A DNA stretch of 64,000 nt from Polyangiaceae bacterium (lineage in GTDB: Bacteria > Myxococcota_A > Polyangia > Polyangiales > Polyangiaceae). Position numbers and translations under genes: made by a program. Each line of letters begins with the position of its first letter. Position 1 is the stretch's first letter. The stretch is from positions 1-64,000 of the forward strand of contig JANRKO010000064.1 of NCBI GenBank assembly GCA_033763455.1, in the 5' to 3' direction. Positions 55,956 to 64,000 of this stretch are shown one piece after another. The notes beneath the pieces are model-generated. The model ran no database searches, had not been told where the DNA came from, and worked only from the letters and a program-made list of their open reading frames with translations.

Positions 55956-56483
55956 ATGGAATCAGTAGCATCACCCTTGGCGGCCAATAACGATAACCCA
56001 GCGTTCGAGGTGGGAGATAAGGCCGTGCACCCAGCACACGGAGTCGGCGAGGTTGCCGCGCTTGAAGAGAAGGAAGTCGGGGGCAGCCGCCACACCTGCT
56101 ACGTGCTGAAAATGCTGGACACTGGTTTAAAGGTGATGGTGCCTACCAGCGCTGCTTCACGAGTCGGGCTCCGGCCGGTGATGAAGAAGCGAGCAGCAGA
56201 AGGCATTTTGGATATCCTGCGAGCGTCTGAAGTAGCGGTGGACTTGCAGCCGTGGAACCGCCGGTTTCGCGCGTACACGGAGATGTTGAAAAGCGGCGCA
56301 CCGGAACAAATCGCACGTGTACTGCGGGACATGTATCGGTTGAAGTTCGACAAAGCCCTCTCGTTCGGAGAACGCAGGCTTCTGGACCAGGCAAGAAGCC
56401 TGCTGGTTCACGAGCTCGCTCTTGCCAAGAGCGTCGAACGCTCAGCCATCGAGGCGGAAATCCGCGAAATCTTCGCGGCCTAA
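55956..56483 (+). CDS. cdnL: CarD/CdnL family RNA polymerase-binding regulator (no HMGA tail)
   Basis: FEVGDKAVHPAHGVG, KVMVP, WNRRFR, LSFGERRLL; GGAGG RBS. Confidence 0.9.
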   Translation: MESVASPLAANNDNPAFEVGDKAVHPAHGVGEVAALEEKEVGGSRHTCYVLKMLDTGLKVMVPTSAASRVGLRPVMKKRAAEGILDILRASEVAVDLQPWNRRFRAYTEMLKSGAPEQIARVLRDMYRLKFDKALSFGERRLLDQARSLLVHELALAKSVERSAIEAEIREIFAA

Positions 56484-56536
56484 GGCGCCCCCTTCAGTGG
56501 GGCCAGAATTGGCCGTTGCTGTACTAGGTCCCCGCC

Positions 56537-57637
56537 ATGCATCAAGAACGCCCCGCCCTGGCCCTTGGAAGCTTCACTCCTGAAGACGAAGCCAGGCTCG
56601 TAGAAGCAGCACAGGCTTCAGCCTTTGTTCTCCACACCTCGCACACCGCGGGCGATGCCACGCGGTGGCTCTCGGAGCACCAACCTCATGCCATGTTGGT
56701 GGATACGGCCTCTATTCAACCTGAATCGATCGCTATGCGCGCGCGCGCCGAAGCGAGGCATGCGCAGGTCCCCGTCTTGGCCTTGAGTCGAGAGATAACA
56801 GACCTCGATTTTGCCACAGCATTCGCCTGGGGTGCAGATGATCTAGTTTTGACCACAGACGCGACAGCGCTCGTCGGAAGAATGCGCAGGCTTCCGCGAG
56901 AAGCCCCCGCGGCACCGGTTGCAAGCCGCGGAGTAGCGCTCGTTGCTGAAACTGATCCCGTGCGGCGGCTGCTGCTCGGGCGTGTCTTGCGCAACGCCGG
57001 CTATGAGATCACCTTCGCCGTTACTCGCGAAGACATGTGTGCGTTTTCAACGGCTAAAGAGCTCCAGGTCATCGTCACTAACTCCGAGCTTTGCGGAGAT
57101 GCCGCACAGTTCGTGGCAGACTTGAGGGCTGCTGGCTCCGTAGCAGAATGCGTGATCCATACCGCGCCCCGGCACTTGAAGGAGCTCCACCAAGCGGTGG
57201 ATGAGCTCGAAGGGGTGGCGGCCGCCGACGGTTTTGCGCCGCCCGAGAATATCTTGTTCATCTCAAACGAACTCAAGAACGGGCATCGGTTCAATCAGCG
57301 CGGCAGCGCTCGAATTCTCTACGGCACCACCGTGGCATTTCGTGGTGCGGGTAGGCACAACGACGATTTCGGCTACAGCTACAACATCAGTGACGGTGGG
57401 CTTTACGTGCGCACCCTATTCCCACCAGAAGACAACACTGTCTGGGTGGAGCTTTGCCCCCCTCGCACCGAGCGCCGAGTGCGCTTAGAGGGCACGGTCG
57501 CATGGCGCCGGCTCTTGGGCCCTCAGCAGCAAGCCACTGTTCCGCCAGGGTTTGGCGTAAAGATCACGGACGCGGCACGTGCAGACCTCGCAGCCTGGCA
57601 AGAAGGCTACGAAACGATCCGGCAAGCGTTGAGCTGA
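56537..57637 (+). CDS. Two degenerate receiver-like domains plus a PilZ domain
   Basis: PilZ RGSAR (RxxxR) and NISDGG; receiver-like segments lack the full phosphorylation set. Confidence 0.75.
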   Translation: MHQERPALALGSFTPEDEARLVEAAQASAFVLHTSHTAGDATRWLSEHQPHAMLVDTASIQPESIAMRARAEARHAQVPVLALSREITDLDFATAFAWGADDLVLTTDATALVGRMRRLPREAPAAPVASRGVALVAETDPVRRLLLGRVLRNAGYEITFAVTREDMCAFSTAKELQVIVTNSELCGDAAQFVADLRAAGSVAECVIHTAPRHLKELHQAVDELEGVAAADGFAPPENILFISNELKNGHRFNQRGSARILYGTTVAFRGAGRHNDDFGYSYNISDGGLYVRTLFPPEDNTVWVELCPPRTERRVRLEGTVAWRRLLGPQQQATVPPGFGVKITDAARADLAAWQEGYETIRQALS

Positions 57638-57674
57638 TACTTCAGCTAGGCTCGCCGCACCTCGGCGGTATTTG

Positions 57675-59336
57675 ATGGCACTAGCTCCCGGTGATTTGAT
57701 CGCTCAGAAATATCGCATCGTGCGAAAGCTCGGTGAGGGAGCGATGGGCGTTGTGTATGCGGGCGTGCACGAGCTCCTAAAGACTCAGGTTGCGCTCAAA
57801 TTCCTGCACAAAGATCTAGCGGAGCGGCCAGGCTTGGGCGTGCGATTTCTACAGGAAGCCCAAGTGGCGGCACGCATCCGTAGTCCACATGTTGCGGCCG
57901 TATGGGACGCCGACACGTGGCATGGAATGCCTTTTTTGGTGATGGAGTTTCTGCCGGGCGAAACCTTGCGCAAGCTGCTCGATCGTGAGCGAAAGCTAAG
58001 CCTAGCAAACACGGTAGACTTTGCCGCTCAAATCCTGCTCGGGTTGGAAGCGGCACACGCGTTGTCTGTCGTGCATCGAGATCTCAAGCCAGATAACGTA
58101 TTCGTGACCCAGGAACGCGAAGGCGTTGTGCTCAAGCTGATCGACTTTGGGATCGCCAAGCTCCGCCAACCCGATCAGGGTTCCCCAGGCCTCACCGAAG
58201 CTGGCATGATCCTCGGAACGCCCGAATATATGGCGCCTGAACAAGTTGTCGAAGCCGCCAAGGTGGACCATCGAGCGGACGTTTATTCGGTTGGTGCCAT
58301 GCTCTACGAAATGTTGAGTGGGCACACGGTGGTCGAGCGGAGCAGCTTGGAAGCGACGCTCATAGCCGTTCAAATGGGGCAAATTCGTCCCCTTTCTGAG
58401 CTAGACCCAAGTTTGCCGAAGAGCTTGGAGGCCATCGTAATGCGTGCGCTCAGCCGCGATCGCGAACAGCGTTTCCCAAGTGCTTTTGCCTTTCGGCAGG
58501 CATTGGCGCCGTTCGCAGCGGACCAAAGCTATGCGGGGGAACGAGCCTTGGCAGCACCAGCTATCGCCCTCGGCACTCAACCGATGAAGGCTGTCAGCGT
58601 GGGCGACGCGCCCTTCGCTGATCCGGTTGCGCCCGCACCGGGTGCCACCGTGCGGGTGGCCCCAACGGTCATTGAGGAACAGATCGCGCGAGCTAGCACC
58701 TTTCCAGCACCTCGGGTGGCGCTACCAGATGCTCCGCCAGCTCCGGGGTACCCATCTCCTCCTTTTGTTCAGCAGGCAGAAGTGCCCGGGTATGCGCCCG
58801 CACGCACGGAGCGCAATCCAAAACGCTCCAAAGCTCCCGTGATCATCCTTGGCACCCTTGCCCTCGCGCTCGGTGTAGCTATAGGCGTTGTCATCTTCAT
58901 TCAAAGTGGTTCGAGCTCCGACTCGACCATTTCCCTGCCTCAGAGCTCCGAAGCAACCACAAGTTTCCCTGAAGTCGTTCACCCCGAGCTCACCAAGCCC
59001 GAGGCGCCAACGCCCTCCCCCACCTATCCTGCGCCCTACCCTGGGCCGGGCCGGCCGCGGCCAACAACGCCCCCGTCCGCCGGACCCACCGGCGCCAAGC
59101 CGGACGCTTCCCCGCCACTCGCTGACGCTGGGGATGGGCAATCCACATCCGACGCGGGCACGCCGCCCCTTACCTTCCCACTTCCGAGCGGATTGCCAAG
59201 CGGTTTCCCTACGGCGATCACCATTCCTACGGCCTTACCTTCGAGCTTCCCCACCGCGCTCCCACCTTTTCCGGGCTTTCCACAACCAGCTCCCCAGTCG
59301 CCCCCCGCTGACGCGGGACAACCGCTTGCGCCCTAA
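57675..59336 (+). CDS. Hanks-type Ser/Thr protein kinase with TM helix and Pro-rich tail
   Basis: LGEGAMGVVY, VALK, HRDLKPDN, DFG, GTPEYMAPEQ. Confidence 0.95.
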   Translation: MALAPGDLIAQKYRIVRKLGEGAMGVVYAGVHELLKTQVALKFLHKDLAERPGLGVRFLQEAQVAARIRSPHVAAVWDADTWHGMPFLVMEFLPGETLRKLLDRERKLSLANTVDFAAQILLGLEAAHALSVVHRDLKPDNVFVTQEREGVVLKLIDFGIAKLRQPDQGSPGLTEAGMILGTPEYMAPEQVVEAAKVDHRADVYSVGAMLYEMLSGHTVVERSSLEATLIAVQMGQIRPLSELDPSLPKSLEAIVMRALSRDREQRFPSAFAFRQALAPFAADQSYAGERALAAPAIALGTQPMKAVSVGDAPFADPVAPAPGATVRVAPTVIEEQIARASTFPAPRVALPDAPPAPGYPSPPFVQQAEVPGYAPARTERNPKRSKAPVIILGTLALALGVAIGVVIFIQSGSSSDSTISLPQSSEATTSFPEVVHPELTKPEAPTPSPTYPAPYPGPGRPRPTTPPSAGPTGAKPDASPPLADAGDGQSTSDAGTPPLTFPLPSGLPSGFPTAITIPTALPSSFPTALPPFPGFPQPAPQSPPADAGQPLAP

Positions 59337-59400
59337 TGACGCGGGCGACGCCCAGCCGAAACCTTCTCGAATCTCAACCCAGCGAAGCTAGACTGGCGCC

Positions 59401-60120
59401 GTGGATCAAAACCTTGAGGACCCTTTCGTCAGAACGATGCCAGCGGCCTACGTAAAGAAGGTCGCGCCCGCTCTGCAATTGTTGCACTCAAGGATTGCCG
59501 CGCTCCGCGACGGCGCTCTGGTCAGCGTTGGTGCATTTCCAAGTGACAAGCCCGAATCTATCGGATTGTGTGTGGTCGCGGAAGACAGGCCAGGCTTACT
59601 GGCAACGTTCAGCGCGGGCCTTTTTTCGCAGGGCTTCAACGTCATCGACGCCGAAGCTTACACCCGCGCGCGTCCCGACGGCATCAAAGAAGCGGTGGAT
59701 CTTTTCTGGGTGCGTCGCGTATCGGCCAATGCGCAGCATCTGCCTATTCTTCCGGGCGAAATTTTAGCGCTTAAGGCAAAGCTTGTAGAGCTTCTAGAAG
59801 GGCGCGCCGCGCCCATTGCACCACCGAAACCCGCAGGAGTAGGTGGTGAAACTCGCGTACGCTTTCTGGAGAGCGACGATGGCAGCTTCTCTACATTAGA
59901 AGTGCAGAGTACGGACAGGCCCGGCTTGCTTTTGGCTCTCACCCAGGCTTTGTTCGACAAGCAGGTACAGATTGTTGGCTGCCAAGTTAAAACCATCGGT
60001 GATAAAGTCTCAGATAGGTTTGAGCTCTCTGAGCAAAATGGTCACCCGATTCGTCCCGAGCGCCAGCTTGAAATCCAAGTCGCCATCCTCTCTGTCATTG
60101 GCGATTCGCTTTTGAACTAA
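59401..60120 (+). CDS. Tandem ACT-domain protein resembling the GlnD C-terminus
   Basis: Two DRPGLL motifs, AVDLFWV and TIGDKVSDRF; no nucleotidyltransferase or HD domain. Confidence 0.8.
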   Translation: MDQNLEDPFVRTMPAAYVKKVAPALQLLHSRIAALRDGALVSVGAFPSDKPESIGLCVVAEDRPGLLATFSAGLFSQGFNVIDAEAYTRARPDGIKEAVDLFWVRRVSANAQHLPILPGEILALKAKLVELLEGRAAPIAPPKPAGVGGETRVRFLESDDGSFSTLEVQSTDRPGLLLALTQALFDKQVQIVGCQVKTIGDKVSDRFELSEQNGHPIRPERQLEIQVAILSVIGDSLLN

Positions 60121-60132
60121 TCTGCCTAAAGC

Positions 60133-63100
60133 TCACTTCGCCGCTTGGAATTGCTGCTTCAAAACCTTGGCCGTGGCCGTTTTTGTGCGTGAAACTTCCT
60201 TGGGTGTGCCGGCCGCCACCACTGTTCCGCCCCCTTCTCCGCCCTCTGGGCCAAGCTCGACCAAATAGTCGGCACCGGCCAACACTTGGGGATGGTGCTC
60301 GATGACAACGAGTGTGTCTCCGCGTTCCACGAGTCGATCGAGCACCACTATCAGCTTGCTGACGTCGGTTAGATGAAGGCCGGTGGTGGGCTCGTCGAGC
60401 ACATACAGTGTGGGTTCGTGACGTCGCGTTGCCGTAAGCTCCGCCGCCAACTTTAGGCGCTGGGCTTCCCCGCCCGAAAGCGTATGCGAGCCCTGGCCGA
60501 GTGCGATGTAGCCGGCGCCTAGGTCCCGAAGAGTGCAGAGAGGTTGGGATATTTCCGGATGATTGGCAAAGGTAATAGCCGCTTGTTCAGCGGTTAACTT
60601 CAAAACCTCCCCGATGGTAAGGCCTCCCCAACGGATCTCAAGCGTGCGCGCTTCGAACCGATTGCCCTCACAAGCCACGCACGGGGTTACCACATCCGGC
60701 AGGAAGCTCATCTCGTGCGTGATGAACCCCTGACCTTCACAAGTCTCACAACGCCCACCAGCGTTGCTGTTGAAGGAAAAACGCGCCGCCGAAAACCCGG
60801 CCACTTTGGCCTCGGGGGCAGCCGCATAGAGGGCCCGAATGGCGTCAAAAATACCTAGAAACGTGGCTGGCGTGGAACGCGGCGTGCGGCCAATTGGGGC
60901 TTGGTCGACTTCGACAGCCCGCACAATTCCCTCAATTCCACGAAGCGCTTTGAAAGCTCCCGCCGGCTCCGCCTCAAGGCCAAGCTTCTTGCGCAGTGCC
61001 GGCAATAGAACCTGACGGATCAGTGTGCTCTTCCCCGATCCGCTGACACCCGCCACCGCATTAAAGCGCCCTTTAGCAAAACGCACATCCACAGATTTAA
61101 GGTTGTGTTCGCTGGCACCCACTAATTCCACCCAACCCGCTGCCTTGAGCGACCGTGGAGCACGATGGCTTACGGGCTCCGCAAGCGCTCGCCCCGTTGG
61201 AGAATCGGGATTGGCTAAGACTAACTTCGCGGGCCCCGCGGCCATGATTCGGCCGCCTTCCGCACCGCCTTTCGGCCCTACATCAATGAGATAGTCCGCA
61301 GCACGAATGGTTTCTTCGTCGTGCTCCACCAGGAGCACCGTTGAGCCCAGAGCGACCAAGCTGCGCAGATTCGCGAGCAGGCGCCCCGTGTCCCGAGGGT
61401 GCAGCCCAATGGTAGGCTCGTCCAAGACGTAAAGCGCTCCGGTAAGGCCTGCCCCGAGCTGAGCCGCGAGCCTAAGCCGCTGCAATTCGCCTCCAGAAAG
61501 CGTCAAGGCGGGGCGATCGAGGGAGAGATAGTCGAGGCCCACGTCGCCAAGAAACTGGAGCCGACGTTCGAGCTCAGCTTTGATAGGTTGCAAGATAAGA
61601 GCGTGGTCCCCGGTTGCCTTCAATGAGGCCACGAGCTTTCGCGCCTTACCGACCGGCATGCTGCAGAATTCACTAAAACGGTGGCCGTTTAAGCGAACAG
61701 CACGCGGGATCGGTGCCAAGCGGCTACCGCCGCAGTCGGGGCAAACACGAGAGAGCGGGCGTACGCTCTTTTTGCGACTCGTCGTCTCAAGCACACCGTC
61801 CCCATCGCAGGTGGCGCACTTTCCCTGAGCCGCATTGAAGGAAAACCAACGAGGGTCGAGCTTTGGTATGGCAAAGCCGCAGACCGGGCACGCCATCTTA
61901 GTGGATAGGAGCTCCTGACTTTTGCCACTTGTAAGCTTGATGCTGCCCCTGCCCCAAACGCTAGCGCGTTCGAGCTCAGCCCGTGAAATGGTGCTGGCTT
62001 GAACGTCTTCGGCAAACACCAAATCAATGGCGTGTTCTGCATTTCTGGCCAAACGCGGGGGAGATTCGGTTTGAACGCGCAACCCGTCGCACACGGCATA
62101 GGCCACTCCCGCACGTGCAGCAGCCGCGAAGACATCCAAGTAGGTTCCCTTTCGATCTTCTACCACCGGCGCGAACAGCGACACCTTGCCCCGCCGCCCC
62201 AGGATCCTTCGGTACACCGAATCGAGACTACTTTCTTCGATCGATTCGTCGTGCACGGGGCAATGCGGAGTTCCCAACTTCGCGTACAATAGGCGCAGGT
62301 AGTGGCCCACTTCAGTGACAGTAGCCACGGTAGATTTCTTGCCGCTGCGGGTGGTTCTTTGCTCAAGCGCAATCGACGGCGGAACTCCAACGACTCGATC
62401 TACATCTGGCCGCGGCATGCTGGGCAAAAATTGGCGCGCGTAGGGCGTGAGTGTTTCCAAAAACCTGCGTTGCCCCTCAGCAAACACAACGTCAAACGCC
62501 AAGGTACTTTTCCCGGAGCCGCTCGGACCGGTAACAACGGTGAGGGCGTCATGGGGGATCTTTACAGAAACGCCCTTTAAGTTGTGTTCCCGCGCCTGCA
62601 CTACTTCGAGCACTCGCTCTTTGGATGTGGCGCGCACTCTTGCTGATTTCTTGGGCAAAGCTTGGGAATTTTTGGCAATCTTGAGCGCTCTGCCGGTCGG
62701 GCAATCAACGACTTCTAACTCTTCGGGCGTACCGCTTGCTAGAAGCCGCCCTCCCCGCGCTCCGCCGCTCGGCCCAAGCTCGATGAGAAAATCTGCGTTG
62801 CGAATAATGCCAAGGTCGTGCTCCACCAAAACCACGCTCGCGCCGGCGTCAAGCAAAGCATCAATACCCTTTAAGACGTGGCCCACCTCGTCCGCGTGCA
62901 GGCCTGCGCTCGGTTCATCCAAGACAAAGAGCGTCCCCGGCTTCACTTCAGAGAGCGCCCGGGAAAGCTTCAAGCGTTGCGCCTCACCTCCGGAAAGCGT
63001 CGAAAGCGCTTGCCCGAGCGGTAGGTAACCCAACCCCAAGTAAGCAAGCGGCCCAAGCCGGCGCTGCACCTGGCGTTCCTCCTCAAACAAGGCGAGTGTG

Positions 63101-64000
63101 GACGCAACGGTTTCGGACAAGAGCTCAGCTACGCTCTTGCCTTTGAGCTTCACGCCCAGCACGGCTAAAGAGAAGCGCTTGCCCTGGCACACGGGGCAAA
63201 GCAGCCGAACATCCGCCAAAAACTGCATCTCCACCGTCTCAAAGCCTTCACCCGAACACGCTTCGCACCTTCCCCCGCTCACATTGAACGAAAAATCCGA
63301 CGCGGATAGCCCACCAAGGGTCGCCTCGGGCTGCGCCGCGAGGCGCGCGCGAATAAACTCCCAGGCTTTGGTGTACGTAGCGGCGTTACCTCGCGACGTT
63401 CTTCCTAGCGGGGATTGATCCACCAAAACCACGCTTTTGATCCCCTTCGGAACGTCGATTCCAGAGCAGGTACCCGCAGGCTCCACGTCGGTATCGCCGA
63501 AGGTTCGCGCCAGCGTTCGATACAAAATATCCACCGCCAACGTGCTTTTGCCCGACCCGCTCGGCCCGGTAATCACCGTGAGCACGCCGGTAGGGATCTC
63601 CACGTCAAACTCTTTGAGATTATTAGCGCCAGCGCCCTTCACGCGAATAGCTGTTGCCGCCTCACGCAAAGGGCGAGTGCGCCCGGCAATGCTGTTCACG
63701 GCGCGAGCTGTGGCCGTGGGTTGCGCTACCACTTCGGCGGAAGTTCCGTCCGCCACCACCTTGCCGCCCCGCGGCCCCGCCTCCGGGCCAAGCTCGATCA
63801 CCCGATCTGCTGCCAAAATAACCGCGGGATCATGCTCGATCACCAGCACGGTGTTCCCACGATCAGCAAGCTCCCGAAACATCTCCGAGAGCGGGGCAAT
63901 GTCCTGCGCGTGCAGCCCAACCGTCGGCTCATCCAAGACGAAGAGCGCGTTGTGAAGAGAGGTACCAAGCGCCGCCGTGAGCGTCACCCGCTGCGCCTCT
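60133..64000 (-). CDS. uvrA: Excinuclease ABC subunit A, tandem double-length form; 5' end outside the window
   Basis: Four LDEP Walker B and three G.SGSGKS Walker A motifs in the visible part, CxxC zinc fingers, FSFN..GRC; the frame is open to the window edge (EAQRVTL). Confidence 0.95.
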   Translation of the reverse strand, partial: EAQRVTLTAALGTSLHNALFVLDEPTVGLHAQDIAPLSEMFRELADRGNTVLVIEHDPAVILAADRVIELGPEAGPRGGKVVADGTSAEVVAQPTATARAVNSIAGRTRPLREAATAIRVKGAGANNLKEFDVEIPTGVLTVITGPSGSGKSTLAVDILYRTLARTFGDTDVEPAGTCSGIDVPKGIKSVVLVDQSPLGRTSRGNAATYTKAWEFIRARLAAQPEATLGGLSASDFSFNVSGGRCEACSGEGFETVEMQFLADVRLLCPVCQGKRFSLAVLGVKLKGKSVAELLSETVASTLALFEEERQVQRRLGPLAYLGLGYLPLGQALSTLSGGEAQRLKLSRALSEVKPGTLFVLDEPSAGLHADEVGHVLKGIDALLDAGASVVLVEHDLGIIRNADFLIELGPSGGARGGRLLASGTPEELEVVDCPTGRALKIAKNSQALPKKSARVRATSKERVLEVVQAREHNLKGVSVKIPHDALTVVTGPSGSGKSTLAFDVVFAEGQRRFLETLTPYARQFLPSMPRPDVDRVVGVPPSIALEQRTTRSGKKSTVATVTEVGHYLRLLYAKLGTPHCPVHDESIEESSLDSVYRRILGRRGKVSLFAPVVEDRKGTYLDVFAAAARAGVAYAVCDGLRVQTESPPRLARNAEHAIDLVFAEDVQASTISRAELERASVWGRGSIKLTSGKSQELLSTKMACPVCGFAIPKLDPRWFSFNAAQGKCATCDGDGVLETTSRKKSVRPLSRVCPDCGGSRLAPIPRAVRLNGHRFSEFCSMPVGKARKLVASLKATGDHALILQPIKAELERRLQFLGDVGLDYLSLDRPALTLSGGELQRLRLAAQLGAGLTGALYVLDEPTIGLHPRDTGRLLANLRSLVALGSTVLLVEHDEETIRAADYLIDVGPKGGAEGGRIMAAGPAKLVLANPDSPTGRALAEPVSHRAPRSLKAAGWVELVGASEHNLKSVDVRFAKGRFNAVAGVSGSGKSTLIRQVLLPALRKKLGLEAEPAGAFKALRGIEGIVRAVEVDQAPIGRTPRSTPATFLGIFDAIRALYAAAPEAKVAGFSAARFSFNSNAGGRCETCEGQGFITHEMSFLPDVVTPCVACEGNRFEARTLEIRWGGLTIGEVLKLTAEQAAITFANHPEISQPLCTLRDLGAGYIALGQGSHTLSGGEAQRLKLAAELTATRRHEPTLYVLDEPTTGLHLTDVSKLIVVLDRLVERGDTLVVIEHHPQVLAGADYLVELGPEGGEGGGTVVAAGTPKEVSRTKTATAKVLKQQFQAAK

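Noticed and set aside
1..64000. tRNA, rRNA, transposase, integrase or prophage genes
   Set aside because: None recognised. Intergenic gaps are short and showed no cloverleaf or T-loop pattern by eye; tRNAscan-SE and Infernal were not run.

Overview
GC-rich bacterial chromosomal DNA, most likely Myxococcota (Polyangiaceae-like). That placement is inferred from PEGA-type Ser/Thr kinases, lipoproteins with Gly-rich linkers, CdnL, a myxobacterial-type PilZ protein and an orphan phoB heading pstSCAB-phoU. The first ~22.4 kb is a phosphate-starvation island: phoB-pstSCAB-phoU, a convergent phoB-phoR pair, a divergent tonB-exbB-exbD-exbD-TBDR-lipoprotein uptake cluster, and a ~2,090-aa lipoprotein-signal SpvB/FG-GAP/YD-repeat (Tc toxin B-C-like) protein. 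I found GTCAY direct repeats with 11-bp spacing (Pho-box-like) upstream of six transcription units, including the Rhs-like gene. This suggests a PhoB-controlled module that couples a surface Rhs protein to outer-membrane scavenging and Pst import. The Rhs frame stops inside a 57-bp segment bounded by GCCATCG direct repeats and appears to resume in the same frame beyond it. The remaining ~41 kb is mostly housekeeping and signalling genes: a MotB/OmpA lipoprotein, an ABC-like trio with a catalytically dead ATPase, an SMP-30 lipoprotein, lolC/E, two Ser/Thr kinases, cca, ftsH, tilS, mnmA, a FliA/WhiG-type sigma, an HD-GYP regulator, lipB, an M23 peptidase, two GT-C-like membrane proteins, ihfB, an MnmC-like methyltransferase, cdnL, PilZ and ACT-ACT proteins, and a partial double-length uvrA. 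I saw no rRNA, tRNA, CRISPR array or transposase. All calls come from reading motifs by eye; no database searches were run.
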